NCBI RefSeq assembly: GCF_009914755.1
Contig: NC_060929.1
Origin: the human T2T-CHM13v2.0 reference genome, Homo sapiens
Direction: 5' to 3' (one strand)
DNA: 64,000 nucleotides
A model generated the notes under the pieces. The model saw nothing but the letters and a program-made list of their open reading frames with translations, was not told where the DNA came from and ran no database searches. Numbering within the stretch: position 1 is the stretch's first letter; every line of letters begins with the position of its first letter. Shown here piece after piece: positions 1 to 14,400 of the stretch. Position numbers and translations under genes: made by a program.

Positions 1-388
1 TATAGTATCTTAGATAGTTGTAAGCACTATGGAGAAAAAGAAAGGAAGAGAGGTAAAGAGTGCTGGGGGATCATCAGAGAATCCTTCCCTGGGAAGGCAA
101 CATTGGAACCGGGACCTGAAGGAGGTGAGGGGGTGAGTCATGAGGTTATCCAAGGGAAATGTCTTTTAGGCAGAAGGAGCAGTATGTGCAAAGGACATGA
201 AGTGGAAGTGTGCATAGTGTGTTTTAGGAATAGAAAGGATCCAGTGGGTTTGGAATGCAGTAGGAAAATAGAGAGTGATAAGAGATAAGGTCATATATAG
301 TGTGGTGGGGGAAATAATGGGAGATGGAATGGTGGGGTGGGAGGGCAGAGTATAGGTCTGGTAGGCAGTGATAAGGACGTTGGCTTTT

Positions 389-722
389 CTTTTTTCTTTT
401 TTTTTTTTGAGGTGGGAGGAGACAAGGTCTTACTTTGTGGCCCAAGCTGGAGTGCAGTGGTGCAATCATGACTTGCTGCAGCCTTAATGCTCCAGGCTGA
501 AGTGATCCTCCAGCAGGATCACTTGATGCTCAGGAGGCACAGCCTCCCAAGCAGCTAGGACCATGGACGCATGCTATCACACCTGGCTAATTTTTTATTT
601 TTTGTAGAGGTGGGGTCTCACTGTGTTGCCAAGGCTGGTCTCAAAGCCCTAGGCTAAAGGGATCATCCCACCTTGGCCTCCCAAAGTTTTGGGATTACAG
701 GCATGAGGCACCGTACCTAGCC
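389..722 (-). mobile_element. AluJ
   Basis: Poly-T then antisense Alu dimer; TSD a(c/t)gttggctttt at 377-388 and 724-735. Confidence 0.92.
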
Positions 723-844
723 CATGTTGGCTTTTACTTTGGGAAGTAGGAGGCAGAGGAGCGACGTGATTCAGTGGCTCTGTTCCCAGCCCATGTTGGC
801 TTTTACTTTGGGAAGTAGGAGGCAGAGGAGCGACATGATTCAGT
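719..844. repeat. Local direct duplication, two 57-bp copies, period 69 bp
   Basis: agcccatgttggcttttactttgggaagtaggaggcagaggagcgac(g/a)tgattcagt at 719-775 and 788-844, one mismatch. Confidence 0.95.
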
Positions 845-1250
845 ATTTATTGATCACCAATCATGTGCCAGGAACTGTTCTAGATGCCAAGGACACAGTA
901 GCAAAAAATGTAAATGAAAATCCCTCCCTTTGTGGAACTTACCTATTGGTTACATGAGTCATGTCTTAAAAGAATTACTCCCATTTTAGTGTGGAGAATA
1001 AACTATAAGGAAGAGTGCTGCAGTTAGGAAGCTCAGTTAGGAAGCTACTATAGTATCCCAAGTAAAAGATGATGATGGCTTAGAACAACATGTTAGTTCT
1101 GTAGAAGGAAGTGTTGGAAGATGGTTGGATTCCTGATAGCTCTTGGTGATTGAGGCCATAGGATCCACTGATGGATTAGATTTGGGGCATGAGAAAAAGT
1201 GACGAACAAGGGTGACTCCCAAGGTTTTTAGCCTGAAAAAAGGGAAGAAT

Positions 1251-1944
1251 TGTAACCGCCCAATGGGTTCACCTTTCCTGCTGCCTAGGCTGAGCCGATT
1301 TATCAAGACAGGGGAACCGCAACAGAGAAAGAGTAATTCACAAGAGCCTGCTGTGCAGGAAACTAGAGTTTTATTATTACTCAAATCAATCTCCCCAAAC
1401 ATTCAGTGATGAGTTTTAAGGACAATTTAGTGGGTGGGGAGACGTCAGTGAGCCAGGAGTGCTGATTGGTCATGTCAGAGACGAAGTCATAGGGAGTCAA
1501 AGCTGTTTTCTTGCACTGAGTCAGTTCCTGGGTGGGGGCCACAAGATCAGATGAGCCAGTTTATCGATGTGGGTGGTGCCAGCTGATCTATCAAGTGCGG
1601 GGTCTGCAAAATATCTTAAGCACTGATCTTAGGAGCAGCTTAGGGAGGGCAGAATCTTGCAGCCTCCAGCTGCATGACTCCTAAACCATAATTTCTAATC
1701 TTGTGGCTAATTTCTTAGTCCTACAAAGGCAGTATAGTCCCCAGGAAAGAAGGAGGTTTGCTTTGGGAAAGGGCTGTTATCGTCTTTGTTTTAAACTATA
1801 AACTGTAGACTAAGTTCCTCCCAAGGTTAGGTCAGCCTGCACTCAGGAATGAACAAGGACAGCTTGGAGGTTGGAAGCAAGATGGAGTCAGTTAAGTTAG
1901 ATCTCTTTCACTGTCTCAGCCATACTTTTGCAAAGGCAGTTTCA
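1251..1944 (-). mobile_element. Solo ERV1 LTR (LTR8 family)
   Basis: TG...CA termini; the minus strand starts TGAAACTGCCTTTGCAAAAG...GACAGTGAAAGAGATCTAACTTAACTGACTCCATCTTGC as in LTR8; 694 bp; 4-bp TSD GAAT at 1247-1250 and 1945-1948. Confidence 0.88.
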
Positions 1945-2033
1945 GAATGATGGCATTGTTTACTAAGGAGAAGACTGTGGGTAGAGCAGGTTCTGAAGTA
2001 CCATTTCACAGGTGCTTAGTTTGAAATGTTTGA

Positions 2034-2530
<497 letters not shown>

Positions 2531-3016
2531 TAGGCAAAATGGAAAAGATTGATAAAAACCAGTCATGATGAGGATGGAGGTGAGAGGAGGCAGGTTCTCT
2601 AACACACTATTGGTGAGACTGCAAGTTGGAAGTTCTAATTTGGGGATCAAATACTGTCTTTATTCTCCAAATAAAGATAATAACAATTTCATAATTCTAC
2701 CTCACATGATACATCCATCCTATAACCCCAAATACACTAACTCCTTCCCTAGAAGAGAAGGTAGAATCCTTGAGTGATGTTTACTCTTCTTGATATCTGA
2801 TGATTTAAATATGATGACATAAAGTTAATAATACATAAATATTATGACATAAAGTCAATACATCATATGCTACATGATAAGGGGTTAAGAGAGAAGAAAA
2901 CAAAGATATTTGTTTGCTGTATATACATACATATTTTTGTAACAAAATAAGGAGGAAATACTCATGACAATTCAATCTTAATTTCTGTCACTGGTTGTGT
3001 GGTCATAGCTGGCATT

Positions 3017-3318
<302 letters not shown>

Positions 3319-3421
3319 ATAACTGGTATTTATAAATACCTCTACCCATTCCATATTCCATTTGCCTTCAGCAAGCACCTCCGCCGGTTGTGTTTCTTTA
3401 CCTGGTAGGTCACTCAAACCT

Positions 3422-4400
3422 TCATTCCTGAAGGGTCTGGGCTATTAGTAGTCCTGCCTGAATTGGGTTGCTGCAGTTTTTTTCATTGACTTTAATTACA
3501 GGGTACAGTAATATTAATACTATGCTTGAAGGGATCTGCCATATTCCAGACAGGAGATCCTTACCTCTGTTGTGGAGTAGTAGTCCAGTTTCCTTTTGGT
3601 AGGCAGGATCAGTCACCCCAGCCAGTACATAGCAGAGCAATACATGGCACAGTAACTCCCATTTTTGCCTGTTGATTTAAAGACATGAGCATAAAGTGGC
3701 TAGGCAACAGCCTTAGCTTTCATTTCATCAGAATCATTGTTGTGTCTCCTGATGGAAGCATTCCTCACTATGGAACTATGACCTCTAGGCCAGCAGAGCA
3801 TAAAGTCCTGGGGACAGGAAGCAAACATTTTGCTAGTGGGTCACTGGGGGTAATGGTGAGTGGTGCTATTCCCATTTCTACCCCTTGATTCCTGGACCTA
3901 TCAATCCTGGCTATGGGAGAAACAGCACTATATATTATATGTTGATTGAGAGCATGTATAGCCTTGGGAAGAAACTTGACCCAGCCCTGCAAAGTATTGC
4001 AACTTAGCTAGCACTGTAACTGAGTCTTCAAAAGGCCATTCCATCATTCTACCAAGCCAGCTGTTTCAGGATGATGGGGAATATGGTAAGCCCAGTGAAT
4101 TCCATGAGCATGGGACCATTGCCTCACTTCATTTGCTATGAAATCAGTTCCATGGCAGTGGATACAGTATCCTGTAAGTCCAGGGATGATAGTTCTGGCA
4201 GAAGCATTGTGTGCAGGGAAGGCAAGTCTGTATCCAGAGTAAATGTGTATTCCAGTAAGGACAAAACTCTGCCCCTTTCATGATGGAAGCAATCCATTGT
4301 AGTCAACCTGCTGTCAGGTGTCTGGCTGATCATTCCCAATATGGAATGGTGCCATATTGGGGCCTCAGTGTTGATCTCTGCTCCTGGCAGATTGGGTGCT
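3422..4400 (-). pseudogene. HERV-L integrase and dUTPase remnants (frameshifted)
   Basis: ORF 3768-3992 (GWVKFLPKAIHALNQHIIYSAVSPIARIDRSRNQGVEMGIAPLTITPSDPLAKCLLPVP...) resembles the ERV-L integrase C-terminus; ORF 3422-3640 (VLAGVTDPAYQKETGLLLHN) resembles dUTPase motif GVIDxDYxGEI. Confidence 0.85.
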
Positions 4401-7400
4401 CTGCAGTGGCTGTAGCCAGGTTGGCTTTGGTGAGTGGAAGTCCATATTTCTGAGCCTGTGCATAACCTCTATTCCTGCCACCATGGCTACTTTATTAGCC
4501 CATTTGTGTGATGACAGTGGTGACTGGGGAAAGAGGCTGACTTGTAGGCACAGAAGGAGTCATTTTATTCAAATCCTCATGATTATTAAAATCCTCCTCT
4601 GCTGAGATCACCCTTTGGTGGGCATTCACATGAGACACAAATACCTTCACAGTTTTTTGTCATTTACTGTTTAGAGAGGTCTTCCATGTAGGTATTCTTG
4701 GAAGACATGGTCTTCCAAGTCGTATTCCTTCCAAGTCCCTGACCATCCATTCAGACCATTGGCCACAGCCCCTGAATTGTTGTGTAATCACATGTCTGGC
4801 CATTTCTCCTTCCAAGGAAAGTTTACAATCAAATGTACTGCTTGAAGTTCTGTCCACAGGGAGGATTTCTCTTCACCACTTTGCTTCAAAGATATCCCAG
4901 AGAGGGACAGTGTACTGCAGCTGTGCACTTCCAGTTAATACCTGTATATCATGTAGAACCATCGTAAACCTCTGTCAGAATGATCATAGGGAACTCTCCA
5001 TGGGGCCATAGGTGCAGACTGGGAGAGAGAAGGCAGTGTAGCTGGATTAGGGACTATGGCATGTGGGCTACCTCTTCCTGTAACTTACTTGTGCCTTTAG
5101 GGCCTGCTTGGGTTCATCTCATATATACTATTTCCATTTGATGACGGAGTGCTGCTGATCATGCCCAACTTTATAGCTTGATGGGTCAGATAACACACTG
5201 TTCATGATGGCCAGCTTAGGTCACATGGTAACTTGGTGGCCCATGGTTAAGCATTCAGTCTCTACTAAGACCCAGTAGCAGGGTAAGCGCTGTTTCTCAA
5301 AAGTAGAGTGGTTATTCATAGAGGTAGGCAGGGCTTTGCTCCAAAATTCTAAGAACCAGCATTGCACTTAACCTATAGCAACCTGCCAGAGACTCCAAAC
5401 AACATCCGTATCTGCCACGGATACTTCAGGCACCATTGGATCTGCTGGATCATATGGCCGAAGTGGCAGAGCAGTTTGCATGGCAGCTTGGACCTATTGC
5501 AGAGCCTATCCATATTCTGGGACCCACTCAAAACTAGAATCTTTTCAAGTCACTTGATAAATGGGCAGGAGTAACACACCCAAATGAGGAATATGTTGCC
5601 TCCGAGATTCAAAGAGGTCCACTCACATTATGAATCATAATGTTCTTCACTCAGCCTATAGGATTAAATCTGCATCTCATCCAAAAACACTCTTACAGAA
5701 ACACCCAGAATGTTTGACTGAATATCTGGGCACCCAATGGCTCAGTCAAGTAGACACATAAAATTAATTATTGTACCACCTTCCAAAAGTGAAACGTACT
5801 CTTCCTTCATAAACATCGTAGTGTTTTTCTTCATTTTGTTCAGATAAATATAAAATGAGAAACGTTTTTACATTTTATTATCTGATATTTATTTGCAGTT
5901 GGAAATAATAAATGCATACCTGTGGAAAGTGTGCAACCAAATTTTTTAAATGTGAATATAGTGCAGGATAAAAGTTTATAGAAAAGCTCTGTTTTCCTTG
6001 TTTATTATCGGTGAACAATTAGATCTCATTGTCAGTAGAAATTGATGACTGCAGCTTCCAAACTATTGAGCCTGAGCTAATAAATGCAACAGTTGTTCAT
6101 AATTTGGTGGTAAATGACCTTTAAATGTAGCTGTTTATGGAGGCTGTCCTTGGGGAACAATTTAACTTCCAAATGACACCCATGAGTACTTGTTATCATT
6201 TAAATATGCTTCCTTTTGTCAATAACAGAATAACAAATACTGGTTAGATTTCTGACGTTGATTCAGATACCAGGAAACCTGCTGAATAAATTAGTGTACA
6301 TTTGATTTATATTGACCAAAATTTTTTACATTGCTGTGTTACAGGTCAAGGTGACATGCATTTAAATGTGTTGTAGAGCAGAGGTCATGCTTGACTGACA
6401 TGAATGCTTATGCTGCTTTTAATTAACTTTTAAATATTATCCTGAAATTTCTTCTTAAATACCAATGATTATGAACAGGATTGAAATTAACTTAGGATAT
6501 TAGTGGTGAGCTTATTTAAAATGTCAGAAATCTTGATCTTTTTCATAAAAATTATTGGAATATATTATTGCTACGCTTTATCTCATAATTTGTATGGAAA
6601 TCAAATCTGCTTTTTCCATCGTAGACTCTGAATTCATTGTCTGTGTTTTTTCCATTGATAGTTTTGCAGAAATAATCTGAGATAGCATTGAAAAAAGCAG
6701 TAATGGACTAAGTCTTACCTAGTACAGAACTACTTTATCAGGCAAATGCATTTCTTAGTGCTATGAGTTTTTTTTTTTTTTTACTGATGTTGTTTGTACA
6801 TGGTTGGAGGATTGTTTGCAGGGTGATGCCATGGATTAACTTTGTCAGCCATTCATTAGTAGTACAAAGTAGTATAACTTTTAGGGAAACTTTAATCAAC
6901 ACCTGATTTGCCCTTTTGGAGAATGTCTTCACCCTGAATGCTGCTTCTTTTGGATTTAAATATTGTTGAGTAAAAAGCATTTTGCTTGTAGTATAGAATG
7001 TTTTTCATCTAGGCCTCATGTGAGAATTTTCATATAATTCAGAACTTTAGAATGGAGATGTACAAAGCTTTTTAGTCTCTATCAACCTAAAGATCTTTGT
7101 TGTTATTCAAAATGTGTGCCTTGGAAATTTAGGATAATCTTTTGAGCTTTGCATCCCGAGGAGCTGTAAGTAATCAAAAAGCAGCAGGAAGCTCCGCTGC
7201 TTCAAAACTTTGTATGATGAACTTCTACAGATGTAAACAGAGCTGCTCTCCAGAACAGAAAGACCTCAACCCTGCCCACATCTAGTGAATAGCAGTGGGC
7301 CTGAGATGTCAGCTTAGTTTCAGCCAATGACCCTTAGTTTCAGTGTTGTTCCTTAGCCTGCAGCTTTGTACCTAAGTTTAGTGTATTCAGAACAGCATAT

Positions 7401-7792
7401 TGTCCATGGCTGCAAAAGTAGTGACAGTTAAAAATGCTAATAAGAGAGAAACGGAAGTGGAGATAATAAAATGGAAAGTGGTGGAAGAATGACAAACGCG
7501 TGTGCATGTGGAATGAATCATCCAATCATAGGAATGATTCTTTAGGACAGAGGGGAGACTCATGCAGCATTTCTTGTAAGCGGGCATGCACGTGTGCAGG
7601 GAGTTGGGGGAAGTGCCTGAGACGTGGAAAAACTTCGGGTGTTAGCACCACTTCAGGTGCCTGACCCTAAGGGAGAAGGCAGGGAGTTTGAGAAAAAGGC
7701 TGTTGATGTGGTGGTGCTGCTGGTGGATGGCACATTGGAACACCAGCAAAGGAGGGTTTGGGCTTCTGGTGCACGTCGTTGTCTGCTAAAAC

Positions 7793-8180
7793 CATGGTGC
7801 TCATCCCTTGCTGCACACTAGCATCACCTGGAGAGCTTTACAAACTACTGATGCCTGGGGCCCACCCTCAGAGAATCTGATGGTCTTGGGGTATGGATTG
7901 AGCATCAGAATTTTCTAAAGGTCCCTGGGTGATTGTTATGAACAGTGGAAGGTGAGAACTACTGCACTGAAGATGTCTCCAGGATGCTTTTGGAGTTTAT
8001 TAAGGTAGATTACTTGCCCCAGCACATATTATTAATAAGTTAGTTCAGTAGTTCTCAGGGAACACTTAAAAACACAAATTTTCAAGTTTTGTCCCCAGAG
8101 ATTCTCATGCAATAGGGGCTCAGGCTCTGGTACTGTTTAAAAACTCTCCAGGTGATTTTAATTTGTAGCTAAGCCTGCAG
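7793..8180. mobile_element. Two MER5-family (hAT-Charlie) fossils
   Basis: gctgcacactagcatcacctggagagcttt...ccctgggtgatt...tgagaactactg (7793-7963) and cagtagttctca...ctccaggtgatttt (8046-8180). Confidence 0.7.
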
Positions 8181-8257
8181 ATTGTAGGGTAGATAGCTTC
8201 CCTGTTGTGGAAAAGATGCCCTATAGAGTGTATATTTAGCATAAAGGAGAAGCATCA

Positions 8258-8664
<407 letters not shown>

Positions 8665-8699
8665 GCTTTTCTGACCTCATCCTGCTCGAGGAAGTTCTA

Positions 8700-8920
8700 A
8701 GGAGTGTCATTGTTAAGTTTTGGAGCCAGATAGACTTGATTCCACATTCTGGCATCGTGACTAGTCAGGGAACTTGTGCAAGTCATTTAACTTCCCTGAG
8801 CTGCATTCCTTAAAATAATTATTCCCTTTTCTCGTAAGGATCTTCTGTAAGGATTTCTTGTAAGGATCATCATACCAGGCACAAAGAACTCACAATGTGG
8901 AGCAGCTATTGTTATTTCTG
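8700..8920 (+). mobile_element. MIR
   Basis: MIR core-like gcaagtcatttaacttccctgagctgcattcc. Confidence 0.6.
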
Positions 8921-9343
8921 ATACTTCTAAAGACATTTTTGCTAGTTGGAGTTAATACATCATCATATATTTTACCTTCCTTTCATCTAGTATGAGAATT
9001 TTTCTTTTTTTCTCACTTTTGAATGATTGCATATTTAATTCACTGCTTTAAGTTTTTATAAAAGCAGTATATCAAAAGATCCCTGCAGCGCTTTTAAATT
9101 GGAGAATAACATCTCTAGTGTCCCAGCCACTTCATATTTAAGAACAAATGAATAATGGTGATTCTTTGGTTAAACCAATTATTAACAGCTATTTATTGAT
9201 CACAGAATATTCCAACTACCTTTCTGTGCTGTAGGCTCCTAGTGGTATTCTCTGGGAAAACCTTGTATTGTTTTCCTACTTTCTCCGTTTATAAAAAGTT
9301 CTTTTTAGGATAGGCCAAAGAACCAATCCTGAATTTGTAAGTA

Positions 9344-9665
9344 CGGCCATCCCTCAGTATCCGTGGGGGATTGGTTCCAGGACTCCACGATGATATGAAA
9401 ATCTGTGAATGCTCAGGTCCCTGATATAAAATGGCCTAGTATTTGCATATAAACTATGCACATTCTCCTGTGTACTTTAAATCATCTCTGGACTACTTAA
9501 ATACCTAATACAATGTAAATGCTATGTAAAGGGTTGTTATATATTATTTGGGGAATAATGAACAAAAGAAAGTCTGTATACATTCAGTTTTTTTTCCCTT
9601 TTGTTTTCTATTCACAGTCGGTTGAATCTGTGGATGCAGAACCCACAGATACTGAGGGCCGACTG
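9344..9665. mobile_element. MER2 (TcMar-Tigger MITE)
   Basis: Terminal inverted repeats c.g.c..ccctcagtatc.gtggg / cccacagatactgagggccgactg; TA TSDs at 9342-9343 and 9666-9667. Confidence 0.88.
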
Positions 9666-9766
9666 TATCACAGTATACAGCTCTAGCTGGCGGTGGAATG
9701 GGGCCAGTTCCCACCGAGACCCATTCACTGTTCAGTGCTTTGCTCTAAGCAGAAGTAGAATTTTGA

Positions 9767-10144
<378 letters not shown>

Positions 10145-10582
10145 CAGAGTTTTGTTTTTGAAGCTGTTTTTGCAGTCAGGGTTTGCTTCTTCTGTGAGTT
10201 CTGGGTCTAGAAAAATTCTATGAAGCTGATCTTTCTGTGGCCTAGATAATTCTAAATGCCTGCGTGGGGAGGCAGGCAGTCTGTTTAATTGGAAATTTAG
10301 CTCAGAGTTTATGTGATTTGCTGTGAGCATGTTTGCATGCTGGGTCCTTGGTAGGGCCTGAAGAGAGGACTGGCAGGGACAGTCAGGCAGAAGTGCCAGG
10401 CAGGAGCTGTAAGAGGTGGCAGTAGATGAGGGCTGGGTGAAGGCACAGAGGTGTGGAGTGTGAGGCACAATTTCATCAGCTCCAATATTTACTTAGATTC
10501 ATTTATTTAACGAATGGTTTTTGAAGGCCTGAATTTTACCAGGCACTGTACTGAGCCCTGGAGGTGCCATCACTTTCGGTAG

Positions 10583-10941
<359 letters not shown>

Positions 10942-11589
10942 AGGATTCTTTTTATTTGTGAACACAGTGTACAGTGGAGCAGTAGTTAAATCAGCTCATC
11001 CTGTATTGCTCCATGGAGATATTACTATATAAATACAGTTACGTTAGCAAGATTAAATATGAACAAATTATTAGCCTCAGTTTCCTTATCTTAAAAAAGG
11101 GTTACAATTAGTATGCAACCCCAAAGAGTCATTGCCAAGATTAAATGAAATAATGCATGTGAAATGCCTACCTCAGATTACGTTTAGCTAAGTGAGGATC
11201 AGCTGATGTTACTGGGCCTGCTTTCACAACCTTGGGTTGGTCCCTGCCCAGAAGGACAGATACTGATACAATCAAGAAAGCTGTGTGAAAGATAGGAAAG
11301 CAGCTGGGTGAGATATCCTGGCAGAGGGGACTCTAAGCATGCTTCCTTGTTGTCTAACATATTGGCTAACCAAGGTGGGAGCATTAAATAGGTGGGATTG
11401 TTCAAGTAGGAACATTGATGTGTATCCCTTGAGTGCTGATCGATGTGCGGCATATTTTACTTGTTCTGGTACTGAGCTACACAGCATTAGGGCCAGCTGT
11501 TATGAATCAGAAAGAAGCTAGGGTTATGTTTATTCTGCAACTTGACCTTTTTAGAAGGAGGTTCTTGAGCTTTTTGGGAGGAAGGAAGT

Positions 11590-11820
11590 AGCAGTGTAGT
11601 TGAAGAGTGAACTCTGGAGTTGAGGAAACCTGGACAGGCCCCTGGCCCTACCACGGGCTAACCATGTGTTGAATGGTAACCAGTTGCATAAATGCTCTGA
11701 GTCTTGGCTTCCTTCAATGGAGATAATGGTAACTGCTTCATAACCAATAGGAATTGTTTTAATCAAATGAAATAATAGATGCCAAGCCCTTAACACATAA
11801 TTGGTTCAGTAGTAGCTAGT
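11590..11820 (+). mobile_element. MIR
   Basis: gcagtgtagttgaagagtgaactctggagt...cagttgcataaatgctctgagtcttggcttccttcaatggagataat. Confidence 0.6.
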
Positions 11821-12502
11821 GTTGATATTTGTTTCTCAAAATTAAAATTGTTATTTTGAATTTCTATAAAGAGGTGCTTGAGTTAGGCTTATATGGGATA
11901 TGATTTATGATCTGAATACAGTTCATACCATAAGCCCCTCTCCTGTTCTTATACCACTAAAGCAAACAAAAACAAAACTAATGCTTTCAAGTAAACATTT
12001 GATAGAAATTTCAGTATGGCAAAGGGATTTTGGGTTTATAGAGGTGAATTAGAATTTGACCTAAGTTATTTTATCCATGAACTGTTCAGAATTATTTCTT
12101 ATATGTGCCCAGTAGAGACACTGTATTAAAACTGATTAATGATATAATTTCAACAAATGGAAAATATGATGCCATAAAAAAAGATTACCCAGAATTCCAC
12201 AGAACTCAGATATTAAGATTTCATGTTTATGGGGAAAATGTGTGTGTCTATGGATAGCCCATACAAATACACACTTTTAAAGAAATCTTCCTTTAATATT
12301 TTACCATAATTTGCTTGGGGCTTATGCAGTCTAGGAGTGCAGCAGAACAGAAGTAAGCCAGACTTGGGTTCTCACCTTAACTTGCCTCCACATGCTTCAG
12401 TGTACTCCTTTGTACGGGGGAGTGGTATCATCAGACATTTTCAGGAGAAACATGTAATGGAGATAATAAATGAAAAGTTCCTAGCACAGTGCAAGGCACG
12501 TA

Positions 12503-12572
12503 TCAAGTTGGTGCAAAAGTAAAGCCATTACTTTCAGTGGCAGAAACCACAATTACTTTTGTACCAACCTAA
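12503..12572. mobile_element. MADE1 (Hsmar1-derived MITE) with a left-arm deletion, inserted in a MIR
   Basis: tcaagttggtgcaaaagtaa...gccattactttcagtggcagaaaccacaattacttttgtaccaacctaa; TA TSDs at 12501-12502 and 12573-12574. Confidence 0.9.
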
Positions 12573-12660
12573 TACTAACAAATAGTTGTTACCATCCTAG
12601 GTCTGAAAAGCAGGAGGAGAATGGTAGTCCTCTTTATGGCAAGCAAAACATGAGGAACAC

Positions 12661-13047
<387 letters not shown>

Positions 13048-13399
13048 TGAATATGGGTAGGCAGTAGGTTTTTGAGCTGGCCACAGTACTGACATTTTGA
13101 AAGTGTATATATTTTACAATTTTTTAGATTTGGAAGGGTTTTTAAAAGCAGCCTTTGCCTAGAGATGGATTCATTTTCATTGGCCATTAATGTCAGCGTA
13201 TAAAAATGAAAAATATTAGTTTTTGAAGGCATCATATTTTGAACTGATTAATTGCTTAATTAATATATTGGTAATGCTGTAAGATAGTTCATTTTAAGGA
13301 ATAGTTTCATTAAAAATAGCTGGAGATATTAAAAAGTGCCATTTAACCTCTTGTGATCTTACTCTCAACAAAGTTTCAACATTGAAGCAAAGCGTTTAT

Positions 13400-14400
13400 G
13401 TTTATGTTATAAAGTAGCATAATTAATATAACCCAGTAAGTGAAGTGTTTTGAGTGTCTGCTTTGTGCTTACTACAGGCCATTGACAACTATCAAGTATG
13501 ATTCTATACCTCAAGGAGTTTTTAGTTTAGCTCTGCACAAAATCACACAATACTTGTTGATCTATAATGAATGCCCTATGGTAATAGCTTGTTTTGAATG
13601 GAGATTTTGAAAATGAGATCAATGAGGAGTGGAGTGCAGTACCCGGAAGACCTCCTGCAAGAGATGGTGCTTAAGCTGCATTTTGAAGACTAGGTAGGAT
13701 TTAAATAAGTGTGTGGAAAGGACAGGGCTTTGTCAAGGAACGCACCCTCAGTAAAGTTAGAAAGATAAAATGAACATTATATCATGGACGATAGAAAGGG
13801 AGCAGTGTCCTGTGTGCAGGAGGTCAGTGGTGGTTAGAGAGTGGAAATATTTTGGATACATGGGGCAGAGCCACATTGAGGAGGTCCCTGAGGAGGACTA
13901 CCTTTGTTCTTTGTCCTCCTGGAGGGTGGGCATCTGCCATTGTTGAAGCTGTCAAAGTTAACCCTTAGACTTTTGATGGGCACTGGGGAGAGGAGGGCGC
14001 ATTCTGGTAGGGAGAATGTATGAGTTGCTTTCAGGGGAGGGGTGGAGATGAGAGAATGCCCTGTCACTGACATTACTCAAGCAGTGTCAGTGGGGCTGCC
14101 AAGGGTATTTCTCCGATCTGCATTAGGTGGGGATAGGGCCAGAAACTCTGAAACTCAATAACTGTGTGAAGAAAACAAGGCTGTACAGAAGTTTCTGAAC
14201 AGCAAAGTGATATGAAAATGAGGAAACCAGGCTGATTGAACTTACCTTGGTATGCAGAATGTTTCCAAAGAGGTTAATTGAAATCAGGTATGGGACTATG
14301 GCTGTGGTCCAGGATGAAGGTGTGGACTGGGACAGTGGCATGGGATGGACATGAGAGATTCTGAAAAGAATATCTGGGCTTTAGAAAACTGTAGTTGGTA
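13400..14400 (-). mobile_element. L2 relic fragments
   Basis: tgagtgtctgctttgtgc..., gaagacctcctgcaagagatggtgcttaagctgcattttgaag, ggctgtggtccaggatgaagg. Confidence 0.55.

Larger units (their letters stand above)
1..1250 (-). mobile_element. L2 (LINE-2) relic, interrupted by an AluJ and ending at the LTR8 insertion
   Basis: Degenerate purine-rich L2-type text (ggaaggcaacattggaaccgggacctgaagg..., tttattgatcaccaatcatgtgccaggaactgttctagatgc, gatggattagatttggggcatgagaaaaag); resumes briefly after 1948. Confidence 0.65.

Noticed and set aside
8834-8867. gtaaggat three times (period 13), and similar tiny repeats at ~2808-2860, ~26922-26946, ~55411-55433 and 59061-59087
   Set aside because: Ordinary slippage-scale duplications with nothing pointing to function
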